Below are positions 27,930 through 41,515 of a stretch of 64,000 nt of DNA, piece after piece. The stretch lies in NCBI RefSeq assembly GCF_006345805.1, contig NC_043022.1, forward strand, positions 23,994,001 through 24,058,000. The letters run 5' to 3'. The notes beneath the pieces are model-generated. The model had not been told where the DNA came from, made no database searches, and saw only the letters and a list, made by a program, of their open reading frames with translations. The DNA comes from Octopus sinensis (taxonomy: Eukaryota). Position numbers and translations under genes: made by a program. Every line of letters begins with the position of its first letter. Position 1 is the stretch's first letter.

Positions 27930-28897
27930 GAAATACAGAGGGGAGATTGTAAGAAACGGAGAGAGAAAGAGAGCAATACAGAAATATAGAAGCTGACAGA
28001 TATAAAGAGAGAGATAAGTGAGAGAAACCAAGGTAGAAAGATAGAGAAGGAACTAGAGAGAGAGAAGGACGGAGATGTTTATGTTTCCCATAATACTGTT
28101 TTAGCCGTTTAGCCGTCAGCAGAACGGAATTATTACTGGATGGTATTAGAGATTTAATGATTTTAATTAACGGACAGAGAGAGATATGTCATTGCTTCCG
28201 CTAGCGACGTCCATAATTAACAACTTAACAACAGCCATATTGTTTCAGTATGTGTGTGTGTATACGCATATATTTATATATTTGTGTTGTTTGCTTGTAC
28301 TTTTTTTAGGCTATATTTTACCATATTTCTTTTTTATCAGATCTTGTTGCGTCACTGAAAGAGTGGGTCATTGAATTCGTTCGTGTCAAAATGCATTTCG
28401 GCCCCTCTGTGTCTTGTGAATAGCACACACAAATTTGCTTTTCAACGATGTATTTACATTAACTATTAATCATAGATGTCATTGCATATAGCGAATATTT
28501 ATTCAGCCGGACGGCTATTCGCAATATCAGAATATGTCTTTCATTGTCTTTCTATATCAGGGGCGACAAATTTCGTCTCAGTATTTGACTGACTATCAAT
28601 ACGTCATTGACAAGGTTCATCAAGATCGAAATGCACCTGGTTGTCTCGTTATCAGCTGCTAGGAAAATTTTCCTCTCTTCCCGATATATTTTTCTTCTTC
28701 TTCTTCTTCTTCTTCTTCTTCCTCCTCCTCCCGTACCAAGGCCGAACTACCGGATGTAGTGTAAAGGACATGGAGAAACAGTTACCGGTTATAAATTTTT
28801 GCTTCAAACAGCACTATCAGACAGACCCCCCCCCCAGTGCGGTTTGTGTGACAGAGACTGTCATTTGCACATCGGATGGGTCAACCACAGACAACGC

Positions 28898-29327
28898 GGA
28901 TCTTTTCGGTTTGAACGGCAGTTTTTAACATAATTTCTAGGTAACTAAAAAATTTTAAACTTCGTATACTAGTAGAATGTGTTTATAAAACATCTTTTTC
29001 TCTTGGCTTTATTGAGAAAATTCTATAGTTTGTAAGATATTTGTTGTTTTTTTTCTTCAATTTCTGCAATTTCAACCAATCACTGACGTCTATTAAGGTA
29101 AAAAACATTCTGTGCCGTATGAATATGTCCCTCGTTTAAGAAACAGATTGGGTTTATTTACATTTGTGAAGAAAAAAAATACCCTTCCCCCTAACCCTAA
29201 CCAACCCTAACTAACCCTAACCCTAAAACAGATTGATATGCAATAGATCGATACTAGGGTCATAATTATGGGTGACAATTTCATATGACACCGCTAGAAA
29301 AAACTGCCGTTCAAACTGAAAAGATCC
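28898..29327. mobile_element. Merlin-like MITE, copy 2
   Basis: Same TIRs; perfect 8-bp TSD GACAACGC (28890-28897, 29328-29335); internal (CCCTAA)-like repeats. Confidence 0.9.
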
Positions 29328-29850
29328 GACAACGCTGGGTGGACAACTAAGACCTTCATTCACGGTCATTAATGACAGACGGTGACCAAAAACATCGCTC
29401 ACTCTTTTAGTAGTGGACTTGTTATCATTAAGCACAACATCGTATTTTACGCCTATTATTTGTTATTGTTGTTGTTGTTGTTTTTTTGTTTTTTTTTACC
29501 TGTTATCATTTTTAATTACATTACCAGATTATTCTAATAAGTGTTGTCTGTTATCCCAACATCAAAACCCTTCGTAGAATTGTTATCAATGTTTACTTTA
29601 GCTGTTTTATCTCATTGTATCTTATACGTTTCATTCTCGGTTATCTCTGTTTATCCTCACATCGCAGCATTATTCATATATCTACTTTCTCTTATCTCCA
29701 CATCAGCCCTTTATATAATTCTCATCAACGCCTTACTTATCTCTATCTATTTATGGTGCTATCATTACAATAGCTGTTCTCTGTCATTATTTATCCTTTC
29801 ATTCTTCTAACCATGTATTTTCTTTGTCGCTGTTGTTCTTTTAGTCTAAA

Positions 29851-30253
29851 CTAGCAGTATCGCCCGGCGTTGCTCGGGTTTGTAAGGGAAATAACTATAT
29901 AAGCATTTTTAGAGAGTTATAGCCAAAAAATAGCAAAAGAAATGCATTAAAAATGGAAAAAAAATTATGGTAAACTTTTGTTAAAATCGTTGACTCATCG
30001 TAGAGATTTTTAGAGAGTTACTTCCCTTATATAATAGCGAAAAAAATGCATTAAAATGGAAAAAAATTATGGTAAATTATTTTTTAAATCGTAGACTCAT
30101 CGTAGACGCGCGCTAATACTCAGAAGGGCTCGATATGAATCACGACTATAAGATACCCGGTTTTGGTTAAACTGCACCGCAAAATGTGGGAGTAGTTAGG
30201 AATCTAAATCGTAGGAGACAGACAGCACACAACCTCTCTTTTATATATAAAGA
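29851..30253 (-). mobile_element. Non-autonomous Helitron (403 bp)
   Basis: A|TC 5' end, 3' hairpin cccgagcaacgccggg (29878-29863), CTAG|T 3' end, no TSD, internal duplicated block. Confidence 0.85.
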
Positions 30254-30784
30254 TTATATCATCTTGAGCCTCGTTTTGAATGGTCCACTCATTTTATAAA
30301 TTTTTTTTGTCTTTTGTTCAACATCATTATCAATGCGGTTCACTATTATATGATGATGAACGCCATTTATTGTTGTCAAGACGATGATCAGAAGAATACA
30401 ATGAACCCAGAGTATATAGAGAGAGCATGCCGGACGAAATGCTTAGCGGTATTTCGTCTGCCGTTAAGTTCTGAGTTCAAATTCCGCCGAGGTCGACTTT
30501 GCCTTCCATCCTTACGGGGTCGATAAATTAAGTACCAGTTACGCACTGGGGTCGATGTAATCGACATAATCCGTTTGTCTGTCCTTGTTTGTCCTCTCTG
30601 TGTTTAGCCCCTTGTGGGTAGTAACGAAATAGGTATATATTTATACACACTCGTTTGTCATTGGAATCTGGAACCAAGAGAGGAAAAAAGAAAGAACATG
30701 AACGGAAAAAAAGACAGAAAAATATTTCCTTAAACATCGAAATTATTACAATCATAGTCTTGTAAAGTAATTATTTCATATATA

Positions 30785-31424
30785 CCCTATACACTCGAGT
30801 AATAGTCGAATTCATGTAAAAGTCGACCCCATATTTTTGGCAAAAAATTGAGAATTTTCCATAGACCCCATAGTATTTCACGACCATAGTATTTCACGAA
30901 CAACAGGATAACATTTGTGGGTCAAGATACCGTATTAACCTGTACGTAGAAATAATACTGTTACAAAATTGTGTGGCTACCTTACTGTAGCCTGCCGTGT
31001 TTGCTGGAATGCTTGGTGCTTATATTAAATCACCATTTAATAACGAGCACTACACATCTGTTGATGGGTGCCACAACTCCATTACTATAATGTATGCACA
31101 GGATATGCTGCAAGCATATTTCTATTTCACTTCTGAAATCTCCATTTCACACGCTCTGGTTAATTTTTATAGAGCGAACAAAAACCTGTTTCCAAAGGTT
31201 TTACAAGGTCTCTTTCAATGATACTTGACATCCAAGCGCCAATCTCAAAATCCTCGCTGTCATTAATAGAGCGGTCTTCTGAGCATATATTACCTCATGT
31301 TAACCCCAAGATCTCCAACAAATTTCCTACACATTGTTGCTAATGATCCCAATGTCACTACTGAGATGATGGTCGCTTTCTTCATTGCCCACATTCATGG
31401 AATTTCATCTTTCAATGGCTTCTG

Positions 31425-31457
<33 letters not shown>

Positions 31458-31602
31458 GTTGGGCTTCTGCTGCTGATACGCTACTTCGGATTCTAACTTC
31501 AATTTCAGCCCCTCAAAAGCAGTATCCATGTAATAGTCGAACCCATAAATTTGACCTCAAAGAATGCTCTAAAAAATTCGACTTTTACACGAGTATGAAC
31601 GA
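30785..31602 (-). mobile_element. Decayed pogo/Tc2-like DNA transposon
   Basis: TA followed by ccctatacactcgagtaatagtcga; right end tcgacttttacacgagtat. Weak DDE C-terminal-like peptide on the minus strand. Confidence 0.5.
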
Positions 31603-31984
31603 CACGTGTGTGTGTGTTGTTATTTTCTTATATTAAGTAAAAGTTCATCAAAATATTTCTGTCATTTATGACTTATGTGTGTATGTATGTATGTATGTAT
31701 GTATGTATGTATGTATGTATGTTTGTATGTATGTATTTATGTGTGTATGTATGTATGCATGTATGTGTGTATGCATGCATGTATGTGTATATGTATGTCA
31801 TTATTCAGTTTATTTCAAGACTTCTTGCCAATAGAGAAAGAATCGGTTTCTAATCTAGCGCCAAGGCTACTTTACTGAAATTCCAACATCAAGAACAGGG
31901 TATGTATGTATGTATGTATGTATGTATTATGTATTTATGTATGTGCAGATTTGTATGTTTTATGTATGTATTTTCATACATGTT

Positions 31985-32370
31985 GTGGTATATCTTAGAC
32001 AAGCTCATATATATTTAAATGATCAACTTCTGGAAAGTTTTACAGATTTTTACAGTTCCAGTCATGGTTTGGATCTGTAGTCTTCGAATTAGCTTTCTCC
32101 TTTCTGGTTTTAAGAAGCTTAATTTCTCAAGACGGGTATTTAGGTAGTATGCTACATATCCCAGGGCCCGAATAATTGCTGGTATAAACCTAAACTTGTA
32201 ATCTGGATAGAATAACTGCTGGTTTTTCAAAAGATCAGCATAGATGTTCTCTTTTACACTGAGCTTTAGCTTTATGTTAACATCCGCTGGACAGCTATAC
32301 ACAGTTTCTCTCTTATCTGTTCCAAATCATTATATCAGGTTTGTTGTGCTTAAATTTTATTGAGGTCTTC
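31985..32370 (-). mobile_element. Second copy of the same RLE LINE family, C-terminal fragment
   Basis: KHNKPDIMIWNR then SCPADVNIKLKLSVKENIYADLL...IRRLQIQTMTGTVKICKTFQKLII*. Homologous to 2855-3065. Confidence 0.85.
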
Positions 32371-32511
32371 ACAGTTTCCGCGTACCCTATCCACTGACAA
32401 TTCTTTGGTCGGCCTGAGGCGAGTAAAAAAAAGTTTGCTATGGTACCCTGCAGTGAGATTGAACTAGGAGCCATACAGTTCGGAAGCAAGCTTCTAACCA
32501 CGCAGCCACAC

Positions 32512-32584
<73 letters not shown>

Positions 32585-33089
32585 AGACGGGCTTCTTTCG
32601 GTTTCAATTTACCAAATCCACTCACGAGATTTTGGTCGGCTTGAGGCTATAGTAGAGGACATCTTGTTCAGGGTGTCACGCAGTGGGACTGAACCCGAAA
32701 CAAGGTGGTCGAGAGGCAAACTTTTTACTACATCGCCATTGGCTAATACAGTCCAAGGGTCTCATGCGTAGAACACAGTTGACCGTTGGTCACTTCAATC
32801 AGAAATGACCTCAGGATAGAGAATAACATTAAGAATAATAACCCTGCCATCTGCGCTCTTAAGGAGAGCTTTATTAGGCCGCGGACCCATGAATTATTCA
32901 GGCTTTTGTTGTTAAGTACCTTTGACCTTTCAACTCTGACACCACCTGATCCCTTGATATCTTCCTTTGATCTTTCTCAAGTGCTGCACTCGTCACCCTC
33001 TTCACGACTCATTTATACACTTACACATTTACCTCTGTTGTGGGCATATTTTATATCAGGATTAGGTACGTGTGTATGTGCGCGTGCGT

Positions 33090-33090
33090 G

Positions 33091-33144
<54 letters not shown>

Positions 33145-33319
33145 TGTGTGTATGTATGATATATATATGTGTGTGTGTGTCTGCGTTGTGCATGTGATAC
33201 ACATACACATGTATATACATACACACACACACACACGCACATTATATATATATTATTCATGTATATATATATACACATATATATATATACATATATATAT
33301 ACATATGTATATACATATA

Positions 33320-33355
<36 letters not shown>

Positions 33356-33692
33356 CATACATATATACATATATATATATACATATATATATATATAACA
33401 TATATACATATATATATATATATACATACATATATACATATATATATACATATATACATATATATATATATACATACATATATACATATATATACATATA
33501 TACATATATATATACATATATACATATATATACATATATACATACATATATATATATATTACATATATACATACATATATGTATATAACACATATTATAC
33601 ATACATATATATATATTAATAATATACATACAATATGAATTACATATATACATACATATATATATTCATATACACACACACACAACCAACAA

Positions 33693-33732
<40 letters not shown>

Positions 33733-33735
33733 CAC
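33090..33735. repeat. (TA)n/(TACA)n microsatellite
   Basis: Direct reading. Confidence 0.95.
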
Positions 33736-34565
33736 GTATATGATTATATGACCAGCATTAATTAATCACCCAACATACACACACTCGCAGACAAAATAGA
33801 ATATTTACGAAGTAAACACTTCCACACACTCACAACTTCTTACAAGTGCCATCACTACCAATCACCAACGCTTGTACTGTGCATATATATTGCGCATGCG
33901 TGCTCGAATGCATACGTGCGCGCGCTTTCATGTGTGAGCACACATTGGTATGCATGCGTACATGCATGTGAACATGCATATGCATGAATACGCATGTGTG
34001 CGCGTGTGTGGCCGCTTTTCTGTATGTGCATGTGTGCGTAAGCGTGAGTATATGTTTGCGTGTTCGCGCTTGCGTGTCCATCCAAGTCTGTGTGTGTGTG
34101 CGTGTGCAGACGTGTGCGTGCACGCCCATGTACAGATACGCCAGCTCGCATCAATGCACACATGCACGCAAAACCTTATGAGAGCGTCTACACACCCACA
34201 TGTAGAACTACATGCTGGCACATAGCGTCCCTTCCTACCTCCCCGCAATAACCTGACCGATTTCCTAACCTTCTCGTGGTATATATCCTGTCCGCTACGT
34301 GGTCAATTTCTTGTTCAGGATGCAGTATGTTCCAACTAACTGTTACCCATATACCAACATCAAAATACGAGACCGCGTGACCTTACTCTACCGCCTTACC
34401 ATCATAAAAATCAACTTCTATCATTCAAATTCAAAATGGCTGACGACTAGCATCACACTTGAAACTCAAGAGTACCAACGGTTTTGAATCAAACTATTTT
34501 GATCCATAGATGTAACTCCTGATAAATTGACTGAGTGCCTTTTTTTCGTTTGTCCACTCCTCTTG

Positions 34566-34665
34566 NNNNNNNNNNNNNNNNNNNNNNNNNNNNNNNNNNN
34601 NNNNNNNNNNNNNNNNNNNNNNNNNNNNNNNNNNNNNNNNNNNNNNNNNNNNNNNNNNNNNNNNN
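34566..34665. other. Assembly gap (100 N)
   Basis: Run of N. Confidence 1.
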
Positions 34666-35547
34666 CAGAGAAGAGTGGGAAGGGAGGAAGAAAGAGTGAA
34701 GAGGGAGGGAGGGGGAAGATGGAGAGAAAGATAGGGGAAAGCTAGTGAGAGAGATAAGAGGAAGATAAGAAGATAAATGGGAAGAGAGAGAGAGAGAGAG
34801 AGAGAGAGAAAGTGTGAGTGACAAGAAAGAGAAAGAGTGCGGGAGAGAGAAGAGGAAGGCAAGGGGGAAAAGAAAGTGTAAGTGAGAGGGAAGAGGGAGA
34901 AAGTGAGAGAGGGGGGGGAGAGAGAGAGCGGGGAGAGAAATGCCATTTGCTGGAAATGAAAATGAAATACATTTTGGTGGGAGGGAACTGAAGAGGGGAA
35001 GGCGGAGAGAAGGTGGAGGAATTTGGTATTATGATTGTTGTTGTTGTTATTTAGCCCCAGGTCAGATCCTGATTGAGAAGATCTATAAGCAAAGACGAAG
35101 AAGATCCAGCTGCGACCATATCTTCTCTTTTTCTTACTTTTTTTCTAGACACAGATTTTAGTTTTGAAGCCTTCATAATGTAATGTAGTATATTGTAAAG
35201 AATTGAAGGCGATTTAGCGGCTATTTCTAGCATAGCGATCATGAAGCGATGGTGGCGGGACACACACACACACGCACACACCAGGAGTATTTCACCCCTA
35301 TTTCTAGCAATGTCGGTGTCTCGGCATCCTTACTCACATTTGGTGACGATTGACTTTTTCCTTTATGGTATTTGTTGCGCCTATATAAGAGATTATATAA
35401 ATGGCAATACAACTAGAAACTACGTAATGAACTCCATGAACTTAACAGCTGTTTCTGTTATAGAACGCAATGCAATGCACTCACAGTTGAGTGCTTCAAG
35501 CCCCGACAAAGCTATAAGGTGATACACAGGTACGCGACAATGAGTGC

Positions 35548-35598
<51 letters not shown>

Positions 35599-35602
<4 letters not shown>

Positions 35603-35917
35603 ATTATTCAGTAAGGAGTGCCGAATTTTACAATCTGTAAATAATAATAATGAAACTTATAAGCGATCACCGCGCATTGACTAAGGTAGATAGTCTTCTA
35701 TTGGGACATCTAAGCCCTCGACGGATAAAAGTAGGGTTTGCCGTACTCATAGGACTCGAACATACACCGTACGGCATACCCTACTTTTTTTCCGTCGAGG
35801 GCTTAGATGTCCCAATAGAAGACTATCTACCTTAGTCAATGCGCGGTGATCGCTTATAAGTTTCATTATTATTATTTACAGATTGTAAAATTCGGCACTG
35901 CTTACCAAATAATCGCA
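35599..35917. mobile_element. Palindromic (fold-back) MITE: ~148-bp arms, 22-bp spacer, in (TA)n
   Basis: 35599-35746 is the near-perfect reverse complement of 35769-35917. Confidence 0.9.
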
Positions 35918-35972
35918 CATATATATATATATACATATATATGTACGTGTATGTGTATGTGTGCGCGTATAC

Positions 35973-36024
<52 letters not shown>

Positions 36025-36243
36025 GATTATATAAATAACAAGCGAATAAGACATGCTATTAACTCTATTAGCTTACAGCTGTTCCTGCTGTATGATGCAA
36101 GGCACTCATTGTCGCGTTATGAGTGCATTGCATTCTATAACAGAAACAACTGTTAAGTTCATAGAGTTCCTTACGTAGTTTCTAGTTGCATTGCCATTTA
36201 TATACTCCCTTATTACGCCAACGTTTTTCTCGAAAGTATATAT

Positions 36244-36500
36244 ATGAATTGGTATCAAAATGTTCCCGGATTAGACATGCTTAATAAAAGATAACTTATT
36301 TGTCTAAGGTTTTAATAGTCACCTTGCGCAGCAATACCTCGGTCCCAGCGTTTCTGCCTCTTAAGGAATCCGACCTGGAAGTCGTTTTCCGTAAGCGAGT
36401 CGAGGATCTTCTGCGTTTCGCTCTTGATCTCGACAACGCTGTTAAAACGGCGAACTTTCGGCTGCATTTTTCATCTTGGGGACGCAAATACAGCGATGTC
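36244..36500 (-). mobile_element. Mariner transposase C-terminus plus right TIR region
   Basis: KMQPKVRRFNSVVEIKSETQKILDSLTENDFQVGFLKRQKRWDRGIAAQGDY; terminal sequence shared with 39540-39585. Confidence 0.8.
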
Positions 36501-37409
36501 ACTCGGCACATTGCCTCATGAAGGTCACTGATAGCTTTTACTGCGCAGGCAACCTTGCTGCCATCTGTTGGCGCGCTACAGAACTAGTCGTGGAACTTTT
36601 TGAGTTCTAACACCAGGTTATTAGTATCACTATGTGTAAGCGAAATATATATATATGTGTGTGTGTGTGGAGGTGCAATGGCCTAGTGGTTAGGGCAGCG
36701 GACGTAGGATTGCGGTTTCGACCGGCGTTGTGAGTGTTTATTGAGCGAAAACACCTAAATCTTCACGAAGCTCCAGTAGGGGGTTGGTGGTGATCCCTGC
36801 TGTACTCTTTCACCACAACTTTCTCTCACACTTTCTTCTGTTGGCCAGCGAGGTGGCGTCATTTGAAGGCTAAAACAATTCGAAGCGCATTGTGACCAGC
36901 GATGTGTAGCAACATCTAATGGCCTGGTCGGTCACGTGATCACGTGTGATATATATATATATATGTATATATGTTGTATGCTGTCAACTTAATGTGTCAA
37001 TCCCATGAAGGGAATAATACTACTGCTATTTAGCCCTAGATGTTGAAGGATTATGTATATAATCTAATGTAGTCTATTTTAAAGAATTGAAGGCGATTTA
37101 GCGGCTATTTCTAGCAAAGCGGCCGAGAATCGATGGTAGCGGGGGACACACACACACACACACACACCAGGAGCATTTCACTCCTATTTCTAGCAATGTC
37201 GGTGTCTCGGCACCCTTAGTCACACTTGGGCGCAATATAATATCATAAAGGAAAAAGTCAGTCGTCACTAAATGTGACTAAGGGTGCCGAGACACCTAGT
37301 ACTTATTCTATCGGTCTCTTTTGTCGAACCGCTAAGTTACGGAGACGTAAATACACCAGCATCGATTGTCAATGATGTTGGGAGGACAAACACAGATACA
37401 CAAACATAT

Positions 37410-37536
<127 letters not shown>

Positions 37537-38411
37537 TATACATATATACGACGGGATTCTTTCAGTTTCCGTCTACCAAATCCACTCACAAGGCTTTGGT
37601 CGGCTCGTGGCTATAGTAGAAGACACTTGCCCAAGGTGCTACGCAGTGGGACTGAACCTGGAACCATGTGTTTGGTAAGCAAGCTACTTACCACACAGCC
37701 ACTCCTGCGCCTACCTATCTATCTATTTACCTATCCAGTCAAACTCACTCTCTATCTATCTATCTATCTATCTATCTACCTATCTATCTATCTATCTTGT
37801 CAACATCTACACACCATGTCAACCTTATTAATAATTACATGATTCAGCTGAGAGAGAGAACAATCACCCGTCTAACAACAATATAAATACCACAATAAGA
37901 AATCAACTTAATCTCTCTCCTATTATTCGCAATGTATTGAATTAAAATATTTGTCCATCTTTTAAAATAATTAGCCCCAAGCGTCTAATTAAAGTTGTTG
38001 TATAGCAAGTCAAACATGGCTGAATTGATAATCTCGTAGGAAATTGAATCTATCGCTAACACGTCTGTCCCTTGCCAAACTTGGCCAGTGACGAACTAAT
38101 TGCCAATTGCATGGAAGATTCTTGTCATGGTTCACTGGTTTTGAGACAACGGGAGACGATTGTTAATTTATTATGGTCAGGGTGAGGTGAGGGAGTTTTC
38201 AGTAGAGGGCTCAGGTGGGGCTTAGGTAGAGCACAGGTGGAGGGGTGGCTTCGATGAGGTTTTCGGTGGGGGTTTGGATGTGGAATGTGATAATGAGGAG
38301 GAAATCTTCATAGACAGCTCCAATAATACACTTGAATACTTGAGGTTAATTTAGGTACACTGTCTCTTTCACTCTCACTTTAACATCGACCTCCTATCTA
38401 TCTATCTATCT

Positions 38412-38467
<56 letters not shown>

Positions 38468-38468
38468 C

Positions 38469-38502
<34 letters not shown>

Positions 38503-38547
38503 TTGTTTGTGTTTATCTATCCATCTATCTATCTATTTATCTAGCTA

Positions 38548-38578
<31 letters not shown>

Positions 38579-38599
38579 TTGTTTGTGTCTATCTATCCG

Positions 38600-38655
<56 letters not shown>

Positions 38656-39321
38656 CACATCTATCTTCCTTTCTATGTATGTATCTATCTATCTGTATTT
38701 CTCTCTCTCTCTCTCTCTCTCATACACACACACACACTCTCTCTCTCTCTCTCTCTCTCTCTGTTATATATATATATATATATATATGCGTGTGTGTATG
38801 TGTGCGCGCACATCTCTTCCTGATATTCAATCACTTTACAAACACACACATACATACACACACACATACTCACTAATAGTAAAAACACACACTTCCACTT
38901 TCTAACAACATGTTTCTGGCTGCATGTCTGCAGTTTTACATGCCATTATCAACGCACCTTGAAGCAATGGTGCATAGAGCACTGCATTTTAGTGTAGCTG
39001 CAGGCAGGAATATTTCTGCTTACATGCACAGTTGGATGCGTACAGATTGTGTAGATGGGTGTGTGTGCATATATATGCACAGACATACATATATATATAC
39101 ATATATACATACATATACATACATGTATATATGCATACAGGCACTTCTCAAAGGTATGTAGACACCCTTCGTTTTATCGTATCATATATGTATAGATGCA
39201 GGCGTAGCTCTGTGGTAAGAAGCTTGCTTCCAACCCACATGGTTCCGTGTTCGACCCCATTACATGGCACCTTGGGCAAGTGTCTTCTACTATAGCGTCG
39301 GGCTGAATACAAAGCCCACGG

Positions 39322-39585
39322 ACGGTCCTTGACTTACTTACGGAAAACGACCTCCAAGTCGGATTCTTAAAGTGGTAGGAATACTGAGACTCGTGTATTG
39401 CTGCGCAAGGTGACTATTTCGGAGATTTTTTTATTTTATTTTATCTAGTTTCAGCTCACGAGCTGTGGCCATGCTGGGGCACCGCCATCTGATGTTAAAA
39501 AGATAATGTTAAAATTTAGGCAAATAAGTTTTTTAAAATTTTTTATTAAACATAACTAATCCGGGAACCTTTGATACCACCTCGT
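39322..39585 (+). mobile_element. Second mariner 3' end of the same family
   Basis: LTENDLQVGF..CIAAQGDYFGD, ending in aatccgggaacctttgataccacctcgt (TIR-like). Small SINE-derived insert inside. Confidence 0.75.
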
Positions 39586-39713
39586 GGTATCGACCCCGAA
39601 AGGATGAAAGGCAAAGTCGACCTCGGCGGAATTTGAACTCAGAACGTAACGGCAGACAAAATACCGCGAAGCATTTCGCCCGGCGTGCTAACGATTCTGC
39701 CAGCTCACCACCT

Positions 39714-39744
<31 letters not shown>

Positions 39745-41056
39745 AGTAATAATAATAATAATAATCACAAGAGTGTTATTACTACTGCCATCACCATCAC
39801 TACCCCTCCCACTCCTGTAGTAAGAAAACCAAAAAATCGCTGTTAATTAAATGTTGTCCCTTGTAATAGCTGTTTTGCACTGAGTGGCAGATAGTCCCTT
39901 ATCAGTCATCAATACAATGAACCAGTGTTTGGTTCCCTAGGAAACCTGTTACAAAAAACGTTAATCTTCATCTGTTCCTGACATAAAATATGTATTTTAT
40001 TTGTTTCCGTTACTCGACTGCGACCATGCTGGGGCATCGCTTACAAGAATTTTCTTTTTTTAATCGAATAAATCGACCGTAGTACTTTGTTTTAAGCCTG
40101 GTACTTATTCTATCAATCTCTTTTGCTGAACAGCTAAGTTACGGGGGTCATAAAAGCACCAACACTGCTTGTCAAGCGGTTGGGGTGGGGGGACAAATAC
40201 AGACGCAAAGACACACACACACGTGTGTATGCGTGTGTGTGTGTCCGTGTCTGTGTCTGTGTGTACGACAGCTTTCTTTCAGTTTCCGTCTACCAAATCC
40301 ACTCACAAGTCTTTGGTCGGCCCAAGGCTACAGTAGAAGACACTTGCACTAAGTTCCACGCAGTGGGACTGAACCCGGAACCTTGTGGTTGGGAAGCAAT
40401 GCCTGCGCTGAAGAAATTATTTCATATTTGAATTCAAATACCTGAGTATGTTATATAATTGGTTTTTGACTGCCCTCTACCTCTATCTACCCGAGGTAAA
40501 GATGTCATTCTTAACTAAACTTCTACCCAGAAGCAAAGGGAGTGGCTCCCGTCATGTTATTTTCTAGTTTGAAATTTAAGGCGTGGTTTTTAATCTTCGA
40601 ATACACAATATCGAAACCCGAAGGAAAATGTGGTGCTCGAGTCTCCACCTCTGATTACGGGTAACGAATATTGGGAGTGGCCCTTAATGCCGAAAGGCAG
40701 AGGCGTTATACTCCCTCCATCACCTCTAATTTCAACCACTGGGTGTGGCTTTTAATACTGTACACCCGACCTCATGGTATAGGTGCGGTACACATCTCTT
40801 GATTAAAGGTGATGTTTATGATCCATAGCCAGCTACGGACTGCATCCGCACCCCCGGGAGCAATCGATGCAGTTGTTTAATCATCTTTGTTTAAACCTGG
40901 AGTGGAAGGGTGTGGTCAGCAACAGACTAGCCTGAGGCTGGGGCAGTCCTCTCTCGATGTTATCCATACAATAAGCTAAGATAGGAGGAGACAGAGCTAC
41001 GCTACAGGAGTGGGAGGGGTAGTGATGGATATGGCAGTAGTAATAGCACTCTTGTG

Positions 41057-41121
<65 letters not shown>

Positions 41122-41515
41122 GGCGGTGAGTTGGCAGAAATGTTAGCACGCCGGGCGAAATGCTTCGCGGTATTTTGTCTGCGTTACGTTGTGAGTTCGA
41201 ATTCCGCCGAGGTCGACTTTGCCTTTCATCCTTTCAGGGTCGATAAATTAAGTACCAGTTACGCACTGGGGTCGATGTAATCGACTTAATACCTATGTCT
41301 GTCCTTGTTTGTCCCCTCTGTGTTTAGCCTCTTGTGGGTAATAAAGAAATAGGTATTTTGTCTGCTGCTACGTTCTGAGTTCAAATACCGCCGAGGTCGA
41401 CTTTGCCTTTCATCCTTTCGGGGTCGATGAATTAAGTACCAGTTACGCACTGGAGTCGATTACATCGATTCATCCCCTCCCCCAAATTTGCTGTCCTAGT
41501 GGCAAAATTTGAAAT
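41122..41515 (+). mobile_element. SINE family A dimer
   Basis: Junction aaagaaatag|gtattttgtctg near 41350. Confidence 0.9.

Noticed and set aside
29190-29226. (CCCTAA)n as an interstitial telomere
   Set aside because: Internal to a MITE present in three copies.
32786-33619. 277-aa ORF
   Set aside because: Starts at a non-ATG codon, runs into (TA)n, and has no recognisable domain.
36296-36521. Protein-like ORFs MCRVTSLYLRPQ... and MSKVLIVTLRS...
   Set aside because: Alternative frames of a mariner transposase C-terminus that is repeated at 39322.
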